From the NCBI GenBank assembly GCA_039096225.1, contig JBBPEB010000005.1:806001-870000 (forward strand): a stretch of DNA of 64,000 bases, in the 5' to 3' direction. This stretch comes from Blastocystis sp. Blastoise (lineage: Eukaryota > Protista > Bigyra: Opalinata). The notes under the pieces are model-generated. The model saw only the letters and a program-made list of their open reading frames with translations. It was not told the origin of the DNA and made no database searches. Positions 17,023-42,979 of this stretch are shown in pieces. The number at the start of each line of letters is the position of its first letter. Positions within the stretch are counted from its first letter, which is position 1. Position numbers and translations under genes: made by a program.

Positions 17023-18922
17023 TTTATTATAATAATCTTTTTAGTATATGCTTTATTTATTACATATAAAAAAATATAGATCTATAACTTTCTAAATAAT
17101 AATTATATATATATATAGTTCACAATAATGGATATAACATCTCATTCTTCTCTTGATTTCCGTATAAAGACAATTGGATCTATATATGTATATTTAAATG
17201 CACATATTATTTATCATATGACTCTTAATAATTCGACTTTAATTGAACATACATTCACATTAAATATTCAGAATAATGCTATTAAATCAAAGAATAATAT
17301 ATTAGCTATACATATAGAAACAAAAGATATATTAGAGACTGAATATTTATATGTAGATTGTGCATATACGTATGGTGCTCAAACTCGATTAATGAATACA
17401 TTTACTTATTCATCATCTTCTTCTTTTTCTCCTTCTCATCCTCTTTCTAATATGTTTGATATCGATTTCTTTACAACTACTGAGTTTACTGGAGATTCAC
17501 AAATAGTTTTTATTGATATGGGTAATGAATATAAACGTTATTTTAATAGTATATTCTTGCAAACATGGAATAGTTCTCATCCGAAAACTATGGATATTTA
17601 TGGAAGAGAAGAAGAAGATTATAATTGGATACCCTTATTAGAAAAGGTAAATAATTATATATATATATATTGATAATTATTTATTATATACGCTTTATTT
17701 ATAACAAAAATATATTTTATATCGGAAATAATTTTTTTATTTTTATTTTAATTTTATTCATTAATATAGTTTGAAATTCCCGAGAAAGGATTATATTCTG
17801 AATATATCAGTGTACCGATGGGATTAGCAGGATTCAGATATATTCAGATACATTTCAACAAGGGTATGGAAAAGCCTGCTTCTACAATAATAGCTGAGTT
17901 TAATTTTGTATATAAAAGTTATACTGGTTCGATGTGTCCTTCTGCTGATGGTTTTATATCTGTAGGAGAAGATGACAGTAGCTATATTCTTTGTGGAGAG
18001 AATTATCAAGGATATATATATAGTATTTGTGATGGAATTATATTTGACCCGCCAAACTACTCTTTCTGTACACTTTTACCTCCAAAATCTGTTCGATATC
18101 CAGAAATATCTTATATATTCTTCACAGATACTATTATCACTCCTCTTCTTCCTACCTATGAACGTATTGTTGATTCATTTAATATTCAACCTGGTATATA
18201 TTGATTTATTTGTTGTGATTATCATTAATTGTATTATAAAAAAATTATTTTATTTATTTATAATATTATATTACTAGTTTATTATACTGAATATAATAAT
18301 AAACAAATATATATAGATCTTCCTTCTGGATTATTCTTAGAATCCGAAACAGGTAAATTATATGGTAAACCTACTACTATACTGTCTACTACTACTTATA
18401 CTCTTCAAGCACGTAATAAAATAGGTACAGCTACATTTAAATTTACTATTCAAATTAATCCTGGTTATTGTTCTATGCAATCGTATCCTCCTACAAATAT
18501 TCATGAAAATCTTATTTTACCTTGTCCTGATGGTTACTATGGTCAAATTCAAATTCCTTGTGTTGCTGGTGATACTCAACCTGTCTATTCTATAGCTATT
18601 AATGAATGTACAAGCTTAACTCTTACTATCGGCATTTCTCTCAGTGTCACTCTTGCTATTATATTAATCATTATTGTTATCATCTGTATTCGAATGAATA
18701 AGAAGAATAAGTATGTTTTTGGATTTTTTTAAAATATTGTTTATTTTATTTATATTTATTATTATATTTATTATAATTATATTTATATTTATTATTATTA
18801 TATTTATTATTTATTATAATTATATTTATTATTTATTCAGGGAAGAAATTCGTCGTTTAAAGAATCCCTCTGAAGTCATGCGTACATCGAATCAAAGTAA
18901 AGCACCTGTCACACAAATATAA
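11710..18922 (+). CDS. Large type I membrane protein: galactose-binding-like, discoidin (F5/8C)-like and putative-Ig (He_PIG) repeats
   Basis: Signal peptide, WFSSTFDDSQW, RPYDWILQGR, PSLPRGLSMNLENGVIFG/LPSGLFLESETGKLYGKP, C-terminal TM (IGISLSVTLAIILIIIVIICI). About 23 exons in frame, one needing a GA donor. Confidence 0.85.
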
Positions 18923-19556
18923 ATTATATTACTATATGTAAACTATATATGTCCAACTTCAATTATTATTATTGTTAAGATTTTCATTATTTTTTCTAAT
19001 AACATTTTTTTTTTCAACTCAAACTATTTATTATGTAGTATTCTTTTTGTGTATTTTCATTAGTCAATATATATATATCTATAATTAGTTTGTTATTATT
19101 ACATAACACATCTTGCTTGATGTATATTGCAATCCAATAAGTTTTGAAAGAGAAAACAAGTATTACCATTGCAAAACAGTTAAAAACAACGAAATATACA
19201 TTTTATTCGTAAATATGATGCCGGTATAAATTAGTAATGTATAGGGCATTTGAAATTCATATACAATCAATAACTTACTTAAAAAAAAGACAAAATAAAT
19301 TAAACATTTTCTTTTTAGACGAGTTATTTTTCAATATAATTTACCTAGATATATCTGTATAATTGCTCAAAAAATAATAATCCAAAAATAGGTAACTTAT
19401 GAATAATTATTCACTTCATCGGCAATACAATACTTAATTTCAATTATCAATAAAACCCATACATTAATCCTCTAGTTGATTCACGTAAGTTATCTATATA
19501 TTTTAATGGATACGTTACAATAATTCAATAGAAATAGAAGAAAACAACTTTTTCGA

Positions 19557-19614
19557 TTCCCGCGAAAACTTTTAGCAAAATAAAAAAAAAAACGAAACAA
19601 GTTTGGGCGGGAAT
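19557..19614. promoter_or_regulatory. Two E2F-like sites upstream of SMC1
   Basis: TTCCCGCGAAAA (19557) and TTTGGGCGGGAAT (19602), 80-135 bp before the ATG in otherwise AT-rich DNA. Confidence 0.5.
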
Positions 19615-19692
19615 TACGATTTATGTATTCTTTAAACTTTTCCTTATTCTAGATTTATCATTTTAGTTAAATCCATACATAGATATATATAA

Positions 19693-25861
<6,169 letters not shown>

Positions 25862-26899
25862 ATTATATATTAATATCTATAGTATACTGTTTATAAATGA
25901 TTCTATATCTATAAATATTTTTTAAGTAAGTGTAATACTATCATTATTGTTATGTATATATTGCGTATATATTTTTATGGATTCCATATATATATATATA
26001 TTTTTTTCTCTTTTGAATCATCTTCCTTTTCATTTTTTCTTACAGTTCATATATTTATATGTTTTGTTTTTCATAGAGTGTTTATGACATTTTTTTAAAT
26101 ATAAAAATGGTTTTTTTACATGTCACTCCTCATATATTTCATTATAAATATTAGTCATTTGCACGCTAAAAGAGTAGCATACAAAAATAACTGAATTACT
26201 GATAATCCACCAATTTATTTATAAATAAAAGCAAATAATGCAATCAGGTCATAAGAGCAGTTTCAAAATTCATTTATAATATGTTCATCATGAAATAAAT
26301 ACCAGTGATCACTAAGATCTCGCAACAATTGACATTTTATGTTATTTAAATAAAAGTAAAAATCAGTTCAATGATATCTGAGTTGATAAGATATTCACAA
26401 GCATCTTAATTATTTCATAATACATATATAAACAACAATTCACTTTTAAATAATTAGAGACTGCCTAATAGAACATAATAAAAACATTCTTATGAAAGAT
26501 ACAATTTTAGTGAATAATCGTTACATTGAATATTCTTAGCAATTAGCAATAATAGTGAATTGAAAAATTACTAAAAAAACATACTTTTATTTAACTGAAA
26601 ACAATGATGAATTCTCGAAACGCAACTTTTTAAAAAAAGATTTTTAAAATATTCATGATTATTTTATTAATTGATACAAAAATTGTTTTAGTACTCTTTG
26701 AGAATAAGAAGTTTTTATTGGATAATTTTGAAATTATCCAATAGAACTGGATTCATCTCGAATTACTAAAACATAATTAGGCGTTTTTGATTTTTTTCTT
26801 TAGTAATTCAAATAGATCAAGTACTATGAACATATTATTTATTAGTAAGGAATATGAATTTCTTCTTTAAATCATTCTTTTTTATTTAATAAAAATAAA

Positions 26900-27468
26900 A
26901 TGAAAGCTCTTACGTTAGTTGTTTTATTTATTTATTTATTCGTTACTAGTAAGATATCCTATATTTTCTTTGATTACACCTTTTTAGTTGATGCTTGTGA
27001 GTCTTCAGAGATTCCTATCAAGATTAAAGTCCATCATGGACAGAACTGTAATAATGAACAATATTATGTTGTTGAAGGAGCCAGTGGTTATTCGACAAAA
27101 ATAATTTTAGAAATGCAAACTGCACAATCGTCTAACTGTAGAACAGTTGTAACTCACACCCTTTGTTTGAAATATGACACCTATTACAATCTTGTTTTAG
27201 TGAAACCGTATTTAGATTAATATACTGTGTTTTTGATTTTTAAAAATTAATTTCATTTTTTTGAATAGTGAAGATAATGGTTGGGATGGTGGATCTTATG
27301 CGACAGTTACATTTGAAGACATGGAATTAGCTGCTTCATTATTCTATATAAATATGTTTCAAAGTAATCAACAAAAATTTGTTCCTTTCAATAGTATGTT
27401 TTATTTTAGTTTCATTTTTATATAAACAAATTAAGATCATTCTATATTACTTTTTGTTATATTATGAA

Positions 27469-27505
<37 letters not shown>

Positions 27506-30500
27506 CTTTCATGTGTAGTCGACCTGAATCTGATTGGAAATACACGAGTGTTGCACAGACGACAGATGACTGGACAAAACCAGAATATGTCGATAATGAT
27601 TGGTCAGTTGGCCATCATAATAGTTTTGATAAATATAATATGACAACACGTTATTATAGAAAAAATGCTACTTTAACAAATTCTGATACTTATGGTTTAC
27701 TTATGAGATTATATACAACTGGAGGATATATTATATATATTAATGGAATTCAAATTCAATCTTATAATTTACCATCGTATTTTTATTATTATTATTATGT
27801 TTATTATTATTATGTTTATTATTATTATATGTTTATTATTATTATTATGTTTATTATTATTATTATTATATATATAGTGGAACAATTACTCCTACGACAA
27901 CACCTACTTTTTCTTATACAAATAATTATTTGTATATATATATAATGTTAAATATTATTTCTAATATTATTTTTTTCACACTATAATTATTATATATATA
28001 GTACTGGTTTAACGTTTTCTCAATATAATATAAAAGGAACTATTTTAACTATATGTATTGAAGTACATATTCCATCTTCATTTATGAATCAAAGAGATCA
28101 ATTTTATTTTATGATTCATGATGTTTCTTCTGCAGGTATATATATATTATTATTATTATTATTATTAATATATCAAATATATATTAATATATATATTATT
28201 ATCTCAAATATACATTAATATATATATAATATTCCCTAATAATACCTATTATTTTAAACATATATATAGATGGTTTAGAAGTAGGAGGAGGAGGTACTGT
28301 AGAATGTAGTGGTGGTGAGCTTGGTGATTATACTTGTGGTCGTATTTTTGATCGTGAAACAGCTAAATATTTATATAATCCTGGGAAAACGATGATTATT
28401 ACTTTCCCTAATAATTCTCCTATGTATTTCAATGAATATCGTATAATTAGTGGTGATGATCTTCCAAGTAGAGATCCTAAAAATTGGATTTTATATGGTT
28501 CTAATGATAAACAAACTTGGGATACACTTGATACAATAAAAGATAACTCTTTTCCTCATCGTGTGAAATACTATTCTTTTCCTCTTCCTTCAAATAAGAA
28601 ATCCTATCGTTATGTTAAATTATATTCTCCTAATTCTAATGGTGATCAATATGTTCAATTCTGTGAAATTCTTTTCTTTTTAAATAATCATAAATATCTT
28701 GATACTATTACTTATAATTATAATCCTATTGTATTCTTTAAAAACTATGAGAATTCTATAAAACCTATTTCGAATGGATATACTACCTATCAAATAACAC
28801 CTTCCTTACCTTCTTCGTTAAGTATAGATTCTCAAATCGGACGTATTTATGGTAATCCTTCTTCTACATATAATTTACAAAATTATACTATTTCTGCTAA
28901 AGAATTTGATAAGACTTCTAAATCTATTATTATGGGTATTCAAGTCACAGAATGTAAATCACCTTTATATAAAAAATTAAAATTTATATATAAAAATAAA
29001 GAAAATGGAAGTCATGAAAGAATATATATTTATAATAAAAATAATATTTTATTATATTCATTTAATGGTTACGATAGTGCTACTTCTCAAGATAAGCAAT
29101 TATGTTTTGAAGCTGGTTCTGTATTTGTTACTTTATCTTCAACAAAACATGATTACTGGCAGAGTGGAAGTGTATTAGAAATTCAATATATTGAAGAATC
29201 AACTACTTATTTTTCTGAATATTTATATTTATTAGGTGAATCTTCTCATACTTATAAAATTAATACGAATCATATTGTAAATATGAGAGATACTTGGATG
29301 AGAATGAATACTCTTCCAGGCTCATCTGATTGGCTAAATCCTTCCTATAATACATCTGATTGGTCATCTTATACTTATAGTGGTTCAATCAGTTCAAAAT
29401 ATGTTTCTCTTCGAAAAGAAATATCTTCTGTTGATTTAACAGATGCAACTGGATGGCAATTTATCACTAATCTTAAATGTGGTGCTGTTATCTATATAAA
29501 TGGAGTTGAAATGGCTAGATATAATCTTCCTCAAACAGGTAGTATTTCTACATCTACTACTGGTACTTGTTCTAGTTATTCTTTGAATTATCTTTCAGGA
29601 CCTATGACATTATTTAAATATACAAAAAAACTTGTTATTTCTATTATATATATTCGTTCTTCAACTTCTTCAGATACTTTTAGTTTTTATGGTATCTTCC
29701 GTTTTATTACAGATACATCTGTACCTCAACCTATTAAAGGCACTGCTTCTAATGATTATACTATAGCTCATCCAATAGAAAATCTAATTGATAAACAATA
29801 TGGTGCTAGTTGGATTACTGATGTTTTTACTCCATCGAAAACTGTTAATGTAAAGATATCTTTAGATTCTACTGTACGTATGTATTCTAATAAATATTGT
29901 TTTATAAGTACATATGATTGTGATTATTATGATCCAAGAGAATGGAATTTATATGGTTCTAATGATGATTCTAATTATAATAAATTATCTTATGTATCTA
30001 ATATATTATGGTCAGACAGAAATCAACGTCGTTGTTTCTATATTACTGAAAATGATCAAAATCATAATAAAGCATATCGTTATTTTAAATTAAGTTTATT
30101 TACATCTGGTGAAAATAGTATATCTGATTATAGATATGCTATTGGAGAATTTGAATTCTATATGGACGACACAAATATGCCTATTCCTCCTCTTTCTGTT
30201 ACTCCTTCAATTATTTCTTTAGCTGCTAATTTAAATGCACCTACTTTAACTTATTCTTCTCCTTATTATACTGGTTTCCAAATATCTCCTACTCTTCCTA
30301 CTGGATTATATATAGATTATGCTAATGGTCAAATTCATGGACATAGTGCTTTAATTACTCCAAAAACTATTTATACAATTACTTGTTCAGATATTCGTGG
30401 TAAAATAACTAGTTCTGTAAAAATCACGCTTGATATTCATCATTGCCCAAATCCTAATACTGCATTCTCTTTATTTTTTGATTATCAACCTACTGGTAAT

Positions 30501-33308
30501 GTTGTGTGGATGTTAAAGAATTCTCAAGAAGATATAGTTGATTATAGAACTTCATTAACAAAAGGAAGTAAAGTTACTTTTTATTTTTGTGTTCCTGGTG
30601 ATCTATATACAATGACCATTACTAATTCTGATGGAGTTAATTGGAATGGTAAGCAATATAAAGTATATAATGAATATGGTAATTGCTTAGTAAGTAATAC
30701 ATTTACTGGTGGTGCTTCTAATAATCATATACTTGATTTAACTGGTGTTATTCATCAATATTATACACAATGGAGTCATTTAGCTTATGGTAATTCTCCT
30801 CCTTCAAATTGGAATACTAATGAATATTCACCTAAAGACTGGCCAGTAGATATAGCAGATACTATTAGTTCATATGATGATAGTATTACTGTATATCATA
30901 GAACTGTATTAGATTTAGATGTATTATCCTCAAAAATTACTGGTATTCAAATTACTGTAGGTTTTACTAGTGGTATTATTATTTATATGAATGGTTTTGA
31001 AATATTTAGAAGAAATATGCCTACTGGTACTATTACTGCTATTACTCCCAGTACTGTTGGATATGGTAGTCATTCATCCTATGATATTGATGTAAATATA
31101 CGTGAATCATCATATGTATATTTAACTAATAATGTAATAGCTGTTGAAATTCATAAACCTGTAGGTCAAGTTAGTACAATTTACAGTAAATTTTATTTTA
31201 AAGCGAAAGCTGTTCTTAGTACAGTTAATTTAATGGAATCCAAGAGAGTATGGTCAGATAATTTTGGTGAAGGAACTAATCAAGGTCTTTCAAATGCTTT
31301 TGATAATAATGATGATACTAAATATTATAGATCAGATCATTGTGCTGGTACATTTATTATTTGGAGATTTAGTGATGATAATCGAAAATTAATTAATTCT
31401 TATTCTATAACTAATGCTAATGATTGTCATCATAGAGAGCCATTAACATGGAAATTAGAAGGTAGTAATAATGATCATCAAACATGGACTTTATTAGATT
31501 ATAGAACAAATATTCAATGGACCAATTATAAAGAAACGAAATCATTTGATTTTTATACAGATACTGCATTTAATATATATCGTTTTACTGTAATAGAGTG
31601 TCGTCCTCTTATAAGCTCTGAAATACAAATGTGCGGACAAACACAATTTCAAATTGCTGAAATAAGAGTCTTTTCAAAAACACATACAAAACCATTATGT
31701 CCTTCTGAAGGTGATTGGCCATCAGTAAATATAGCTAATGGTAAAAGTATACAATCTTGTCCTAATGGTAAAGAAGGATATCAATATAAAACATGTTCTT
31801 CTAGTGGTACATTATCAACAACTTCTCAAGATAATTGTTCTTCTGGATCACTTAAATTCTTCCTTTATAGACAAACTTCTTTTGTTTTATATACAGGTAA
31901 ATCTGTATATATACCAAGTATGCTTTTAGGTGGTGGTGTTACTTTTTCTTCTTCAAATTTACCTACCGGTTTGAAATTATCATCATTAGATGGTTCTATT
32001 ACTGGTAATACGACTACTATTGTTAGTTCTAAGACAGCTACAATAACTGCTTCGAAATCTGGTACTACTTATACTGCACAATTAACATTTACTGTTAAGA
32101 AATATTTATGTTTAAAGGAAGGTGATTGGCCAGAAACTGATATAGGACAAACAGTAACAAAAGATTGTGTAGATATTAATAATTATGAAGGAAAAAGAAC
32201 AAGACGTTGCATAGGTGATTATATTACTGATTGGTCACCAGTTTCAGATTCTTGTATATTAAAGAATAATAAAATATCTTATAATAGTAGTCGAATTGAT
32301 GGCTATGTTAGTTATAGTATAACTACTTTAGTTCCTATTCTTTGGGAAGTACATCTTGCTTCACAAATAATTGTAACTCCTGAATTACCTACAGGATTAA
32401 CAATAAATAAAAATACGGGAGGAATTAGTGGTTCTGTTTCTAAAAAGATTGATGAAGATTTTAATATAAAAGTAGTAAATATTCGAGGTACTTCTGAAGA
32501 TACTATTCATATATCAATTCTTTTACCTCAATGTGAAACTGATAATGAATGGGAAAAAATAGATGCTTTATCTACTCAATATATATATTGTCCAGATAAA
32601 AAAGGTGTTCAAAAGAGATCTTGCTTACGTAAATCAAAAACAGAAGCTGTTTGGGATACGATTGATACAAGTTTATGTTATAAAGAAGAAGATTATAATT
32701 CATTAAAGAATAGTACTTCTTTTATTTATGTACATACAGCACTTACAGGTATAAAGAAAGAACATATGGAAATACCATTAACTTATGAGAATTATCGTTC
32801 TTTATTTGCAGAATTATTAAATAATAAAGTGAATACAAAAGATATACATATAATAGAGATATTTGATGGTTTATATGGATTACATGTTATATTAAGAATA
32901 TTAGTAAATGATGATATGAAAGAAACAATAAAAGAAATTATTTATGAAAGAATGAATAATATTGAATTTAGTTTATATAATACACTTAAAACATCTGAAT
33001 ATCCTTATCTTTCTGATATTACTTCATTAAAATTTACACCTCAAGAAATTAGTGATACTATTGTTGTTGAATATGCTGAAACTGAATTATCTACAGATGA
33101 TATCACTTTCTTTGTTATTTTTATTATAGGATTTGCTCTTGTTGCAACAATAGTTGCTATTTGTATTCGTAGATTTATGAATAACAAAGAACCGAAGAAA
33201 ACTGAACATCGTGTTAAAACTACAAATAATGATAAAAACAAGAAAATCATTGATCCTAAAACTGTTGTTGGTCCTACACTTACCAATAAACCTACTTTAA
33301 AAATATAA
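26900..33308 (+). CDS. Very large type I membrane protein: repeated galactose-binding-like, discoidin and putative-Ig modules, HormR-like Cys modules, TM
   Basis: Signal peptide; three RDPKNWILYGSND-type discoidin motifs; PSLPSSL/PTLPTGL/PELPTGL Ig motifs; CPSEGDWP/CLKEGDWPET; TM FFVIFIIGFALVATIVAICI. Six 5' introns, then one exon of about 5 kb. Confidence 0.9.
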
Positions 33309-34046
33309 AAAAATAATAATATTATATATATACATATATTATTAAGTATTATGATTTATAGTTTATGAATCATTTTATTTTTCTAATTATTCTATTTATA
33401 TTTTTCTTCTTTAAAACTATATATATGATTTTTCACAATATCTATTATTTTATTATTCGATATGTGACTCAACTATTCTTTTATTTATAGAATTATTCTT
33501 CTTAATATATTCTCACTTTTTTTGTTGCTGTTATACAATATATTTAATATTGTTTTCGTGATGTTATGTTCAAAATTATTCATGTTATTTATTATTTGTT
33601 TTGTTTCAATAGATAATATCAGTCATAGTGATATGAACTCAATTTTTTAATGAAATAGTTCACGAAATAATGAATAGTTGACTATTGTTTTTTTTTATAT
33701 CAATATATTTGTTTTTAGCTATATTACTTTATTCTTCATATGTTCTAGAATACTACAAAATACTTTTTAGTCAGAGATTTTGGTAACTCAAACAAATCAG
33801 GAACAATTATTGTCCATAAATATCATAAAAGGTCCTTTACTGTATAATTCTTGTTAAGATAATTATAATAAGCAATCTATTATTTAAAATAATGTATTAT
33901 AAATAAGAAAAACAATTGTTATTTACATAAGAAATGTTCCGAGCAAATTGATTTTTTTTCTCGTTGAGAAAACACTAAGAATTTGTAAAGAAGAAAAAAA
34001 AACAAAAAAAAAATGAATATTTTTTCTTTTCTCTTGAATCAGAACT

Positions 34047-39546
<5,500 letters not shown>

Positions 39547-40021
39547 AAGATATTTATAAGATTTTATTGTTATTCTATATTTTCTTTTTAAATTTCATTC
39601 ATTTTTTTACATTATTTTTATGTATTTATTTTCACTTTTTTGGAGTTTTCTTATTAGAATAAACTATTTAAACAAATAAATGAATTTGCTATATATATAT
39701 TTCAATATCAACTCACAAATAGTTCAATTATCATAATTAACCCAAAAAGTACACTTAACTAGTTTCTTTAAGTAAAAGAAATATATGTTATTGTATAGTG
39801 ATTTTTAGTGAAAGAAAATATAATATTTCATTGAAATAAACAAATAAAAAATTAGAAAACAACATTAAAACAATAGTCAAAACTAATTGGTTGAACCACT
39901 TTTAAACACAAATACTATTTTTAGGTTTTTCCCTCTTTTTCTTTATTTATATTTTATTCATGTCTACTCTTTAAATATGAATATATTTTAATTTTTTTAT
40001 GTTTTGACATATACTCTAGAA

Positions 40022-42366
40022 ATGGATAATTCATGTATAATTGATTCTGAATCATCATTTATTTTGTTTTTGAATAATTCTCAGAAACAGTATATATTCT
40101 TTTATCAAATACTATTAATTCATCATAGATGCTCATCCCTAAGTAAAGATATAAGTGATAAGATTTCAAGGATCAATATTCATTGTGAAGAATATATTCA
40201 TAAATGGGAAATTGAAGAGAGTGAGTCTTCTATAAATCGATGTAGAAATGTTGTTCACCGAATTGAAGAGTGTTGTGATGTGTATAAAGAATATAATAGT
40301 CGTTTTTCTGGACAATTATGTCATCTTACTGATCAATTACTTTTTAAAACAAAAGACAATCTCAAATGGAATTTTTGTATTTTTCATATTTATTTTCTAT
40401 ATGTTTTTATTATATACAACTATAAATTCTAGCTAAAAAGTTATATGAGCAAGAAATTCAAGATATTCATTCTTATTTATATATCTTAAATGAAATAAGT
40501 TCTCAATTAATAAAAATAATGGATATTCTAATAACAATTAATCTTTTATGTTTTGTATATAAATATATGTATATATAATATGTAATAATTATATATATAT
40601 ATAGAAGAAACATGAAAATAGTGATATATATAGTAATGAAGAAAAGAATAAACTACTTTCATTTATAGAATTATGTATATATTCTTATTTATCCTATGCT
40701 TATATATATATATAGTGAATAATTCAGATAAAGTAATTATATATCTTCAAAAGAAGATTGATCGAATGGATATATCCTTATATATTATTATTATTATCTG
40801 AGATATTATTATTATTATTATCTGAGATATTATTATTATTATTATCTGAAATATTATTATTATTATCTGAGATATTATTATTATTATTATTATATTATTA
40901 TTATTATCTTTAATAATACACCATCATCTGTCTCACTTATATCAAATATTATTATTATTTATAAATGAATGTAAATTAATACCAAAGGACTATTTTGAAT
41001 TTATTCAAAATATAAATAACCATGCAAATGTATATATATATAAATAATACTATATATATATAGGAAACCATTTCAAAACCATTGTCTCAATCTACAGTTG
41101 ATATGTATTTACATATTTATAATATTATATATATATATAGTATTCCTTATTCTTTCCTTCCTTCTCCTATGGTTTCTCCATCTATATATCCATCTACTCC
41201 TTTTGTTACTAATAATAATACTATTAATAATATTATTAATGATAAAAATATAATTATAATTAATGATACAAATAATATTAATAATAATAAAAATGATAAT
41301 AATAATGATAATGATAATAATGATAATAACAAAATACTGTCTTCTCAACAAACTTCTAGAAAACGAGTTCTTTCTTATGATAACTCTATATCGAAACAGA
41401 AAGAATCAAATAATGATAATAATAATAATATTAAAGAAGAAGAAGAAGAAGAAGAGAAAGATATATCAAGAATCTATCATGAAGGAATAAAACGTGTTAA
41501 TTTATCCAATGAACAGTATATATATAATAACACTTATTCTTTATATATATATATATAGTTATAATAGAAAGCGACGAGTTTTATTTCAAGGTATTTAAAT
41601 GAATAGACAGCATATAGAATACTATTTATATAGATATCCATGATTATATATCCATACAAACTGATAAGAAAAACATTAATAATAAATATATAGTATATAT
41701 GAATATATTTATAAATACTATATATATATATAGTATTCGTTTTCTATATATAATCATGCTTGTTCAGAATTATTCCTCAAACATTATACATATATATGTC
41801 CCTATTGTTCTTTAAATCACATTATAAATATTCAAAAACAAAGTTATATGAATAAATATGTATATAATTAAATATATTTTTATTATTAGTCATATTATTA
41901 TAGATTCATATATATTATTTATATATATATAGGTAGATATAACATTTATTCCGTCTTGTCTTCCACAAGTAAATGTATTCATTCATATATATATATATAT
42001 ATATATTCTATTTCTTAGATAACTTCATCAAAAACACTATTGTTGCCATTATTACCGTATATATAATTATCTATTTATTTCATCTAATTGAACTGTAATA
42101 ATAATATATATATATATATATATAGACTAGTTCGATTTCCTTTAGTTCAATCAATACTATCTCAAAGCATCCAACACTTCAATTCTAAATCTTCAAATAA
42201 TTCTTCTGAAATATCTGATATTGAAGGAAACTTATTCTATAATACGAAATTATCAGATAACACAGAAAAGTATATATCATTTATTATAAGCCAAAATAAC
42301 CTTAATCTTCATAATCTATATAGCAATCTTAACTCCACTGATAGTTCAATTTCTATATCCATCTAA
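40022..42366 (+). CDS. Hypothetical protein (about 14 exons, Asn-rich middle)
   Basis: Continuous in-frame splicing including one AT-AC intron. No family recognised. Confidence 0.7.
40772..40921 (+). other. U12-type AT-AC intron, phase 0, 150 nt
   Basis: 5' ATATCCTTA, branch-like ATCTTTAAT, 3' ATACAC. Joins ...IDRMD|HHLSHL... in frame; the body is a (TAT)nCTGAGA minisatellite. Confidence 0.82.
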
Positions 42367-42979
42367 TCCAATTACTCAATTAATTAAAACATATAAATAA
42401 TTACATTATCGATTTTTCATTATTTAAACGATATTTCAAGTAAATTACTAGTTCTATGTTATTTCCCGATTAACTTTCAATGACAACAAAGAAATTTCGA
42501 TTTCAAGAACACACTATTTCTCAAATCAATAATCACATTTCTATAATAAACTAAGAATCTACATGATATAGTATATTTTTCTTATTTAATATGTGACTCC
42601 TACATGTAACTGATATTCAAAGGCATAAAATATAGAATATAAAAAAGTTACATCAGAAAATCAACTTTTTTTTCACATATTCATTCAACACATTTTGCGA
42701 GCGCATTCTGGAATTACTGAATAACATACTTTTGATAATAATTATTTCATAATATGAAAAAATACTATGAAATTAGAACAAAGTACTAAAAAAGAAAAAC
42801 TCAAATATGACTGGCTTTTTTTCTGTAAACGAAGCGCCCTCTATAAGATTATTGTTTTTTGATTTTTTTTAGCTTTTTAATGTCATAAGACATAGATTAT
42901 AGTAGATTTAAGTTTTAATTCTTTTCGAATAATCTCATAAGGCTAGTTTTACAAAACTAAAATAAGAAATAAAAGGCAA

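Noticed and set aside
26954-26979. ATATCCT...TTCTTTGAT...AC as a nested AT-AC intron
   Set aside because: Only 24-26 nt long, and a normal 39-nt GT-AG intron (26949-26987) explains the region.
33000-33010. ATATCCTTA U12-like donor
   Set aside because: It lies in an open exon (EYPY) with no downstream branch or AC needed.
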